This document shows, piece after piece, positions 8,826-17,848 of a stretch of DNA of 64,000 nucleotides. The notes under the pieces were generated by a model. That model had not been told where the DNA came from. It worked only from the letters and a program-made list of their open reading frames with translations, and made no database searches. Both the position numbers and the translations under genes were made by a program. Source of the stretch: Candidatus Kryptoniota bacterium (lineage in GTDB: Bacteria; Bacteroidota; Ignavibacteria; Kryptoniales; JAKASW01). Location: positions 18,263-82,262 of the forward strand of contig JBJKPC010000034.1 in NCBI GenBank assembly GCA_046706745.1, given 5' to 3'. The first letter of the stretch is position 1; each line of letters starts with the position of its first letter.

Positions 8826-10553
8826 TCACATGACCTGATATTCCGCCATACGGGCTATTGCGTCGAGAAGCAGGAGCAATTTGTCCCTAACGGCGTTTCG
8901 GTTGGTTACGTTGGTTGGATCGTTCGTATAAAGTGACCAAGCGGCAGTCCACTCGTAATCGGGTAGCTGGTCCAGCATAACTTGTTTGAGATAGGCGGTC
9001 TGAGTAGCCGAGAGAGAAATGCCAAGCATGTGGCTGATGATCCCGGCCAGGAGAGCATTTGGATCTTCGGGCGAAGGGAAGGAAGCCGCATAGGCCAGCG
9101 GATCGACTATCAACTGGAACGAGCTGCTGTCTATGCCGTTCGCACTGATAACCCTGGTCGCAAAACTCGAACGAGGCGGCAGCGTATCGGTATTGATCCA
9201 TAACTGGTAATAGTTTGGATCTATGTAGTACGCCTTCCAGCCGGCAACATCCGGAGTATCGAGCAGGTCCATGCCGTTCGACGCCATGAGGCCCCGCACG
9301 TAATTCCACGAGGAATAAGAGGCGACCGTTCCGGAGGGAATTGTCGCCTGCAGTGAGCGCAGGAGACCTGCATGAAAGTCGGCCGGAGACTTTATCATCG
9401 CTCCAATGAACCCGGCTGCGGAGCTGTCAAAGAAGTGCTGGCTGCCCAGAAGCTGTTTCAGAACAGGTCCGATTTCATAAGAGTTCGAAATTAGAGTATC
9501 GGCAAGGGGACCGATAATGTTCTGTTCGATCGTGTCGTCAATCGTCGAAAACACAAACCATCTGTAAAGCTTCCTGCATATAAACCTCGCTGTCTCGTTC
9601 TGGTTGAAAATCATGTCTATCAGCTGGTCGGTCTCATTGGCCCCCGCTGATCCTGTTTGTCCCTTGATTACGGTATTCTGGTAGTGGGCAGAAAATTGTT
9701 TATCGGTGGTGTCGTGCTTCGTCGGATCGAATGAGGAAGATAAGGTGATACGGTTGTCGATCCAGCCTGTCAGCACTCGCGATGCGGCTTTGACGTCCGC
9801 TTCCGTGTAATAGGTATAATCGCCGGGCGCGATCTCCGGTCCCTTTCCGATTGTGAACAGTTCCTGCAGCTCCCGGCCATAGTTCTCGTTTGCGCTCGCC
9901 TTGGTATTGGTGTCGCCGTTCAGGTAGACCAGCATTGCCGGGTTTGTCGTTATAGACCTGGTTAGAACCTTGAAATTCCCATACGCGTTGCGGCGTAGAA
10001 GGTCAAGGTACTGGTACATGTAGCACGCATCCTTGACGGTTGAAGTTTGCACCGAAAAGTGATTGTGCCAGAAAAGCGTCATCTTCTCCCTCAGGGAAAG
10101 TCCCTGCGATATCATCAGGCCGAGCCACCAGGCTTTGAGAGAAATCTCCCATGAATATTCCTGCCTGCCGTTGTACTGTTGCTGAACCCAGGACTGGTTG
10201 AACATTGCGTCGGCCTGATTGAAGTCTACCGGCGGAGACGGAAGCGGCGGATCCGACACAAGCTGGTCCACCACCCCCTGTGCCGACTGCCCGACGACGG
10301 CGCTGATCTCGGTGTGAGTGGGTCCAAACAGCGTGCGGCGAAGAAGATGTGCCGCGTGCTGGTAGTCAAGCGGTGCAGTGTACGGGTCGAGCCCCAAAGT
10401 CGATACTCTCCTCCTGCCGGCTCTCGTCGTGGATGAATTCACAGAACTTGCCGAAGAGACGGCCGAAGAAAGTTCGGACCTGATGCTTTTCACATCACGG
10501 TTCAGCTTCCTCACCGCACCCTGCGCTTCATCTATAAAGGATCGGCGATTCAT
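8826..10553 (-). CDS. DUF1800 family protein
   Basis: HLLRRTLFG, LREKMTLFWHNHF, PAMLVYL, NENYGRELQELFTIG, IKSP; GGAGG RBS before MNRRSF; usual pairing with DUF1501. Confidence 0.9.
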   Translation of the reverse strand: MNRRSFIDEAQGAVRKLNRDVKSIRSELSSAVSSASSVNSSTTRAGRRRVSTLGLDPYTAPLDYQHAAHLLRRTLFGPTHTEISAVVGQSAQGVVDQLVSDPPLPSPPVDFNQADAMFNQSWVQQQYNGRQEYSWEISLKAWWLGLMISQGLSLREKMTLFWHNHFSVQTSTVKDACYMYQYLDLLRRNAYGNFKVLTRSITTNPAMLVYLNGDTNTKASANENYGRELQELFTIGKGPEIAPGDYTYYTEADVKAASRVLTGWIDNRITLSSSFDPTKHDTTDKQFSAHYQNTVIKGQTGSAGANETDQLIDMIFNQNETARFICRKLYRWFVFSTIDDTIEQNIIGPLADTLISNSYEIGPVLKQLLGSQHFFDSSAAGFIGAMIKSPADFHAGLLRSLQATIPSGTVASYSSWNYVRGLMASNGMDLLDTPDVAGWKAYYIDPNYYQLWINTDTLPPRSSFATRVISANGIDSSSFQLIVDPLAYAASFPSPEDPNALLAGIISHMLGISLSATQTAYLKQVMLDQLPDYEWTAAWSLYTNDPTNVTNRNAVRDKLLLLLDAIARMAEYQVM

Positions 10554-10902
10554 AGGTGGTCCTCCTCCTGTTGTGGACTGAAACAACTTATTTTCACGCA
10601 GAATTCTTGTGGTCGGCACGCATGCGGTGTGCAAACCTCCCCTCCTGGCTCGCTCATGGGAAGGCTGACGCAGCCTTCCTCTACCTCGAATGGGTAACAC
10701 CTACAGGCAGGTATTTTGTTCCGCAGCGGGAGAATGGAAATTAGGGGGAATACAGATATGCCAAGGCCGTTCAAATGATGAGAATCGAAGGCGAATCCAC
10801 GGATTGTGCACCGAGGGTGGTCCGCCTCCGATTAGACCGACAATTCCGAGCTGAACTGCGGCCTTGCCCAGCCGACCGGTCAGCTCCGAAAGTTCAACAC
10901 CT

Positions 10903-11484
10903 CTAGAAGTACACGCCCAGCGTCAAGCCGGCTGTCTGGAATCCTAACTGGAACTCGCTGGTGTTCGGGGATCCTGAAGTGGTATTGGTCGAGCTGGTAA
11001 ATCCGAACTGGTATTCTGCAGCAAGGCTCAGATTCTGGTTGAAGAAGTACTCCACACCGCCGAGTGCCCCAACGCCAAAGCTAGAATTCGTGGTCTTGCT
11101 CGATCCCGGATTCCTGGTTTCTCCAGTGCTATTGAAGAAAATCCCCCCGCCGAAATACGGGCTGACCTGGGAAAAGAGAGGCAAATGATATTCCAGGGCG
11201 GCGGCTATGCCGAAAGAAAGAGTGTTGTCGGTGAATTTGGGGTTAGTGTTGGTGGTCTGGTTGTTTATTCCAAACATCAGCATTCCCCGCACGGCGACAC
11301 CATCAGATATGAAATACTTCCCGCCGAAACCGCCTTCATACGCCCCCAGATTGAGATTACTCAAACCTGAAAAGTTAAATAACACTGCCTTCTCCCCCTT
11401 CTGCGCTACAGAAATCGTGTTTGATTGAGCATGGGCCGCAGTTGCGAGGAAAAGGGTACAAAGTAGGACCGTAAGTCTTCGCAT
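10903..11484 (-). CDS. Small outer-membrane beta-barrel protein, paralog of 6504..7085
   Basis: Signal peptide ending AHA-Q; VAQKGEKAVLFNFSGLSNL and FQLGFQTAGLTLGVYF nearly match the 6504 protein. Confidence 0.8.
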   Translation of the reverse strand: MRRLTVLLCTLFLATAAHAQSNTISVAQKGEKAVLFNFSGLSNLNLGAYEGGFGGKYFISDGVAVRGMLMFGINNQTTNTNPKFTDNTLSFGIAAALEYHLPLFSQVSPYFGGGIFFNSTGETRNPGSSKTTNSSFGVGALGGVEYFFNQNLSLAAEYQFGFTSSTNTTSGSPNTSEFQLGFQTAGLTLGVYF

Positions 11485-11625
11485 GATTATTCTCCTTTTT
11501 AGTTTGACAATCGGTGCTGCTTCGGGAAAAAGAATATAATAACAGCTTCTGTGGATGACAACATGAATCGGTTGCGGCGCATTCACTCATGAAAAAGGGA
11601 ACCTTGGCAGAGTCGTATGGCGGTG

Positions 11626-12578
11626 GCGAAGCGATGACATTTTTCTATCGCGATCCAAAACGTAATATTCATCCCAGAAGGGGGTGACATTATTCTACCT
11701 TCTCATATCCTCCCCCCTTTTTCAATGTCACCCCTTCGGGGTTTCAACCTAAATTCATGGAAACGTTCCAGAATTATTTCACCCCTTCGGCTTTCGGGAA
11801 AGCACTGGGCGCGGTAATCAAGCGATGGTAATGTTGTAACACAGGCCAACGCACATTTTTCAATCCCGAGGGGATGGCATTACCCCACCTTCTCCTACGC
11901 TCCCCCCTTTTCCAATGTCACCCCTTCGGGGTTCCAACTAAAATTTATGCGACCCATCTACAATAATTCTACCCCTTCGGGGTTTTGGAAAATCTCCAAC
12001 AGCAGTCACGAAGAGACGTCCTATAATAATTCTAACCCTCATTCTCCGGCTAAGCTGGAGTTTAACAGGAGTAGTACAAACCGCGAATCGATGACACTGC
12101 TATAGCACGAACCAATACTCCCTCTGCAACCCCGAATGAGGTGGTATGATCCAACACATCCGAGATACACCCTTCTGTTCCAACGCCACCCCTTCGGGGT
12201 TCCAACCAAAATTTTTGCGACCCATCTACAATGATTCTACCCCTTCGGGGTTTTGGAAAATCTCCAACAGCAGTCGCGAAGAGACGTTCTATAATAATTC
12301 TAACCCTCATTCTCCGGCCAAGCGGGAGCTTAACAGGAGTAGTGCAAATCGCGAAGCGATGACATTATCGTAGTATGAGCCGAAGTAACCCATTCAACCA
12401 CGAAGGGTGACATTATTTTCTGAAAGCTATTGCTTCGACGCCGGCGAGGATCACGAAACAGAGCTCGAGCCATCCACCTGACAAGCAGAAAATTCGCAGG
12501 TGCAGCGCGAATCGCGAAGCGATGATATTATCGTAGTATGAGCTAACGCATTCTCTTCAACCCCGAAGGGGTGGCATT
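11626..12578. repeat. Array of REP-like 20-bp palindromes (consensus AACCCCGAAGGGGTGACATT, variant AATCGCGAAGCGATGACATT) in doublets, containing a ~185-bp direct repeat
   Basis: About 16 copies in both orientations, ~50 bp apart within doublets; 11912-12096 recurs at 12180-12364 (offset 268). Confidence 0.85.
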
Positions 12579-12631
12579 ATTCCCTCTGTCGAGATGCCAC
12601 GTCGCTCACAGGTCGAGAAAGGGCGTGAGAC

Positions 12632-14749
12632 TTACTTCATCAGCAACATTTTCCTGATGATGACATGGCCGCCAGCGGCCAGTCTGTAGAAGTATACTCC
12701 GCTTGCAAGCTGTGACCCATTGAACCGAACCTCGTAGCTCCCGGGGCTCTTTACTCCGTTGACGAGAGTTTTCACGAGTCTGCCAAGCACATCGTAGACC
12801 TTCAGACTCACCAATCTAGAACTACGAACCCCGTATTGTATAACCGTCGTGGGATTGAATGGGTTTGGGAAATTCTGTGAAAGAGAGAAGGTTTCAGGAA
12901 CTGGATTTGCGCTCCCGTTGACTTCCGTGATCATCTCCGGCAGCGGCCTACGCCACACACCATTGCTATTTCCGCTGCCCGGCGCGAGCCCGACAAATAG
13001 GTAGTCGCCGTTAGCAGCTATCGAAGTTATCTGGCATCCAACAGGCAAACCTTCACTAACATTGCTCCATGTACTCCCCGCGTTCTTAGAAAGGAATACT
13101 CCGGCGTCTGCCCCCACAAAAATGTTCGCCCCTTCGGTCACAAACCCGCCGATTTTGGAATTGCCCATTCCATCGTTCAAACCGCTCCTCGTCCATGTCC
13201 TGCCGCTGTCGGCCGAGACCGCAATCCCCTCCCCATCCGTTCCGGCGATCAGCGTATCACCGATGAGGGCCAGTGACACGAGTGGATAGATCCCTATTTC
13301 TGCAGCGGACCATGTCGTACCGTTGTTCGACGTGCGATAGACGTAGGATGTCGTTTGATTCGAGATGTTAACTCCGGCAAACACTAGTCCAAATCCTGCC
13401 GCTAGTGCCACAATGGTATTCGAAGGTAATCCGACCGAGGTCCACGTTTTCCCGGTGTCGCTGGACAAATAGACGCCACTGCTCGTTCCGGCATAGAGGT
13501 CGCTGTCTGTGGAAGCAAGCGCATAGGTGTAGTAGGGTGGATTGACGCCGGCGGGCTTCCACCTGTTGCCGCCGTCAGTTGAAGAGTATAGAGGATTGAA
13601 CGCGCCGTACTTCGCGTAGAATAGTTGCGTTCCGCAGAATCCCAAAACACCGGCACCACTCAGGACGGGTCCGGTAGACCAGTCGGCCCCCTCGTTTGTC
13701 GACACATATATTCCCGCTGAAGAATCTGTAGCAAGATCTGAAGTATTGACCGCTATAATGTTTGTTCCAATAGCCGCCAGAGACGACACGAACGCGCGGC
13801 TCATAGCGGAAACAGTCAGTCCGGCCGATTCCCAATGCGAGCCGCTGTCGGTTGAACGATACATCCCGGCGCCCGTGCCCGCAAATACGTCCGGTCCCAA
13901 TGCGCCAAGTGCAGTAACGATCGTGTCCGCAAGGCCGCTGCCAATCCCTTCCCAGGAGTTCCCGTTATCACTCGAACGGTAGAGCGCTCCCATAGTGCCG
14001 ACAACGACATCCTCCCCGCTCATCGCAAGCGCAGTGACTCCCTCTATACCGAGCCCGAGCCCTCCGCCAATTGTGGTCCACTTAATCCCCGCATCTGTTG
14101 ACCGGTAAAGCCCCCTCGGACCTCCCGCGAAGACGTTGTTTCCACTGACGGCAAACGTCGATATGTACATACTGTCCACTGACCCCCAACTCACTCCGCC
14201 ATCGGTCGAATACGACAGAACATCGTTGGATGCAGCAAGTATGGTTGATCCGGTAAACGTCACCGCGTTGATTCTCAAACCAAGGAGCCCCGTAGTGGTC
14301 CAGGTCTTCCCATCGTCAGTCGACTCGTACAGCCCGCCAGATAAGCCGGCAAGGAGTTTACTCCCGTTATCGGCCAGACTCACGCTTCCGATCCCGCCTG
14401 GCCCTCTCAGTGTTGAATCGACTTCCTCCCAGGTACTTCCAAAGTCAGTGGTGACAAAAATGCCGTATGAATTCCCCGCGAAAATTGCTCCATTTCCGAC
14501 CGCCAGTGAGAAACTTCCCGAAGAAGTGGGGAGTGCGCTGTCGATACTTCCCCATTTCGCACCTGCGTCCGTTGATAGATAAACGCGGTGGTCCGTCGAT
14601 GTTCCTGCGACAATATCACCGTCAATGAACTGAATGGCAGTGACAGGATACGCGAGCGCAACCCCAGTCTGTGTCCATTGGGCGTGAGCCCCCATACTAC
14701 AAAAATTCAAAACAACAAGAACTGTGATGAATAAACTCGTGCTTTTCAT
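12632..14749 (-). CDS. T9SS-secreted Asp-box/BNR beta-propeller protein (YCF48/sortilin-like repeats)
   Basis: GGAGG RBS, signal MKSTSLF...AHA-QW; many (Y/F)xSxDxGxTW motifs; CTD SQNFPNPFNP...KMLLMK. Confidence 0.9.
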   Translation of the reverse strand: MKSTSLFITVLVVLNFCSMGAHAQWTQTGVALAYPVTAIQFIDGDIVAGTSTDHRVYLSTDAGAKWGSIDSALPTSSGSFSLAVGNGAIFAGNSYGIFVTTDFGSTWEEVDSTLRGPGGIGSVSLADNGSKLLAGLSGGLYESTDDGKTWTTTGLLGLRINAVTFTGSTILAASNDVLSYSTDGGVSWGSVDSMYISTFAVSGNNVFAGGPRGLYRSTDAGIKWTTIGGGLGLGIEGVTALAMSGEDVVVGTMGALYRSSDNGNSWEGIGSGLADTIVTALGALGPDVFAGTGAGMYRSTDSGSHWESAGLTVSAMSRAFVSSLAAIGTNIIAVNTSDLATDSSAGIYVSTNEGADWSTGPVLSGAGVLGFCGTQLFYAKYGAFNPLYSSTDGGNRWKPAGVNPPYYTYALASTDSDLYAGTSSGVYLSSDTGKTWTSVGLPSNTIVALAAGFGLVFAGVNISNQTTSYVYRTSNNGTTWSAAEIGIYPLVSLALIGDTLIAGTDGEGIAVSADSGRTWTRSGLNDGMGNSKIGGFVTEGANIFVGADAGVFLSKNAGSTWSNVSEGLPVGCQITSIAANGDYLFVGLAPGSGNSNGVWRRPLPEMITEVNGSANPVPETFSLSQNFPNPFNPTTVIQYGVRSSRLVSLKVYDVLGRLVKTLVNGVKSPGSYEVRFNGSQLASGVYFYRLAAGGHVIIRKMLLMK

Positions 14750-15162
14750 CGTAACCTCCCGCTCTTGCCGGAATATACGAGAGCTAAGTCGAAGTACAAA
14801 TGTAGCCTTCAGTCTCTTCACGTGGTCGGCGTGTCCCGCTGTCCCGATTGATTTCAGGCGTTCGTTTTCCCGGGGATGCCGCAACTATTGGTTGGTAAAA
14901 ATGGACTATTAACCTATCGGAAGGCAAGGACCCCCTCAAGCCCCTATGCACCAATTCACAAACTCAGCCACGCGCTTGACCCGAATCCGCCGATCAGGCG
15001 CCGCCGCTTTTCTCCCAGCTGTCCGCTGCGGGATCGCCAGATTGGCCGGCGCATCTTTCCACCGCCTGCCGGCAGCCCCTTCGATACAGGTTCTCAATCG
15101 GCGACATCAAACCCCTCCAGTCCGATGAGACTGAATGCCGACGGCTGAACGCTTGCGTAGGA

Positions 15163-15756
15163 CTAATTGAACTGATATGCCCCTATCAAGGACGAAGCCA
15201 GTTTGGATTCCAGTCCGATCGTTCGACGGTAGGTCGCCTGACCGGGTTGGTAACCATTCGCCTCGAAGCAGGGGAAGTAGATCTCATATGTGGTCCCTTC
15301 TCCGGCCTTGCTCCGAACTTCCATACGGCCGTTGCATTCTTCTACTATCTCGTTGACGACGGACAGTTCCCTTCCCTTGCCTGCTCCATTCCCTCCAGCT
15401 GCCGAGTTGGAGTCAAGCACGCTGTCAATCGAGGAATTATCCGTCGCGCTGCCGGTGAACGTAACCGACAACATCACGGAGTCATCACTTCCGCCCGCCG
15501 GAAGCGACTGAGACATGCCGGGATTGCTCTTTACACTTCTTGTGAGAATTACAAGATCTCCGCCCTCGGGCATCGAAGTGCTCGCATTGGAAAATAGGAA
15601 TGTCAGGACCTGTCCGAGGTGCGCAGGATCCGCGTACACGTCTTTAAGTCCTTCTTCGGACATGAAGTTTACGGAGACTTTCTCTCCTATTATATGCCGA
15701 AAAGATTCAAGCTGATTGACGATCAGTTGATTTAAGTCCACGTGTTTCTGTTGCAC
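15163..15756 (-). CDS. Stand-alone degenerate HATPase_c (histidine kinase ATPase-like) domain
   Basis: GGAGG RBS before GTG; DLNQLI, ADPAHLGQVLTFLFSNA..MPEGG, GRMEVRSKAGEGTTYEIYFP; G1/G2 boxes are altered. Confidence 0.65.
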   Translation of the reverse strand: MQQKHVDLNQLIVNQLESFRHIIGEKVSVNFMSEEGLKDVYADPAHLGQVLTFLFSNASTSMPEGGDLVILTRSVKSNPGMSQSLPAGGSDDSVMLSVTFTGSATDNSSIDSVLDSNSAAGGNGAGKGRELSVVNEIVEECNGRMEVRSKAGEGTTYEIYFPCFEANGYQPGQATYRRTIGLESKLASSLIGAYQFN

Positions 15757-16179
15757 GGGAGCCTCCTTTGAAGTCTTAGATTGTTCTTGGTAAATGGCTC
15801 AGGTTCTTCATGAAGCCGCGTCCGGCGATCATCGATTCAACACCGGATGAAGCTCTAACAAAGATCCCGGTCATTGGGTAACGAGTACCCTGCTTTTCAA
15901 AGAATGGATCGCTCCCTATCTGTTCCCTGGCGGGTCTCTCCTGATGATCACCACCCGCCGCTGCAGTGGCTGACTAGAACAACAACTTATTTCAAGTGAC
16001 TCTTGGACGACTCTCTTGGCTGCATTATATATAATGCAATCGGATTCCGATGTGACGTTCGTCACCGTATGAGGCCCCGTGCACTCGTACGGGAAAAGGG
16101 ACTATACACCTGCAAAAGTCCCCGGCTAGTGCAATTTGAACCGATCACCGGATTGAAGGAATGGCCTCGAAAACGAGGA

Positions 16180-16209
16180 GTCCCGCCGTGATTCCTCATG
16201 GCGGGACCC
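16180..16209 (-). terminator. Hairpin just after the 16231 stop
   Basis: GTCCCGCCGTGA-ttcc-TCATGGCGGGAC stem. Confidence 0.45.
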
Positions 16210-16230
16210 GACTAGAATTGCTTAACCGAA

Positions 16231-17715
16231 TTATTTCATCAACAGGAGCTTCTTCGTTTCCGAATATGCACCCGCTGTCATTCGGTAGAAGTATACTCCG
16301 CCTGCCAGGTTCGATCCGTTGAATTGGACCTCGTAGCTCCCCGGCCTCTTTACTTCGCTGACGAGAGTCTTCACGAGTCTTCCAAGAATATCGTAAACTT
16401 TCAGACTTACAAACTCCGAACTACGAACTACGAACCACGAACCACGAACCGTATGACCGTCGTCGGATTAAACGGGTTGGGATAGTTTTGATAAAGCACC
16501 CAGTTTGATGGCACAGGGATATTCCCGACCATCCCCGTCCCCGCAGAATACGTTTTGACTTTCAATGTACCATTTTCAATAAATGCAACGGTCGGGCTCC
16601 CCCGATAGGTGGTGAGTGAAATCGATGTTATGGTGGAAGTACTATCATCTTCGACCGGGCCGTCATAATAGACCAGATCTTTGCCGTCATACCTGAATAC
16701 TGACAATCTTGGGTTCCACCCGGTATCGCCATAGGCTACATAAAGGTTCGAGTCCGCGGTCGCCGCTGAAATATCGAAGTACTTTCCCTGAGCCGGCCCG
16801 CTTGCCACCATTACCCAACTGGAGTCATGCCACTCGGCGATGTAGAGCGTGTCCAAGTCGGTCCATATCGCGGTCGGTATTCCGCCACGAAGAACTACTT
16901 GCTGAGGTTGAGGATCGCCTGTACTATAAAGGTCGCAGAACGGTTTGTCATTATAAGGCCAACCGCTGCATCCTGATCCGCTTCCGTACGCATATAGCCA
17001 ACCGTTCTCGCCATAGAATGTGACCACCCGCTGTCATCCGCAGTGAATTGAGGGTTGACAACAGTGCCGATATTTGAACTGTGGCCATTCATTATACAGC
17101 CGTAGTCGGACGGAGGACAATGCACACAGACTCCCGTTTGCCCGAATCCGGGGGTGTATTCTATGTAGCTCTTGTCCTTCTCAGCAATCGCCACATGAAC
17201 ATTATATTCCTTATAAAGCGAGTTACCGACCACTCCCCACGAATTGCCGTTCTTGTCTACAGAAAACCCGTAGTGGCCGTCGCTCTGTTCCCACCCTTTG
17301 ACAACGACGCTGTCCTTGACCGCGATTTTAGGTGCGTTACAATCAATTACCTGGCCTCCCGGATCACTCCAGTTGTCTCCAGTCCATTCTCTGGTAAAGC
17401 CTACGTTATTGCCCATATCTTCAGGATGGTAATTCTCGTAAAACACAAACAGACGCTTGCGATCGCCGGCTATGGAGCATTCGTTGACTGTGGTAGTCTC
17501 CGGAGTCCCAAGAGATATCCAGGCGCCGGCATAAGAAGTGCGTTTAAGTCTGTGCTCGTCGTCTTTTGCAATTACGTGACAAGGACCCGACAAAGTCAGA
17601 AAGTTTCTGATCGCGGCCCTTTGAGATATTTGGCATCTTCCCGGCTTAGGCCATACCGCAAAAAAACGGCCCCTACCATAGAAAGCAGGATCCGTAATAT
17701 GTAACTTGTTTTCAT
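16231..17715 (-). pseudogene. T9SS cargo gene (~490 aa if repaired) broken by three frameshifts at simple-sequence tracts
   Basis: MKTSYILRILLSMVGAVF signal shifts at A7 (17660-17666); second shift at CCC (17027-17029); the CTD is interrupted by 5 heptamers (16416-16450) and an intact CTD tail (..VSLKVYDILGRLV..KKLLLMK*) continues in another frame. Confidence 0.8.
16416..16450. repeat. Heptamer tandem repeat (ACGAACY)x5 inside CTD coding sequence
   Basis: ccgaact-acgaact-acgaacc-acgaacc-acgaacc read directly. Confidence 0.9.
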
Positions 17716-17848
17716 TTTGATTACTGGCCTCACATTCCTTAAACCAGGTATGGCGTAGAAGAAGGTTTCCTCCCGCCAAGCTCGACCGAGTCGAGACGAA
17801 GCAGAAGGAAACGGTCTTCAGCCCTACCTTTGCGAGGTTTTATCGTTG

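Noticed and set aside
11912-12364. DGR template/variable repeat pair
   Set aside because: Mismatches are not confined to adenines, neither copy lies in a credible gene, and no reverse transcriptase is in the window.
12062-12373. Short ORFs 12062..12310 (-) and 12146..12373 (+)
   Set aside because: They are translations of the palindromic repeats (TPSGF motifs) with no independent coding evidence.
11626-12578. CRISPR array
   Set aside because: Units are ~20 bp, alternate in orientation, are irregularly spaced, the intervening sequences are themselves duplicated, and no cas genes are present.
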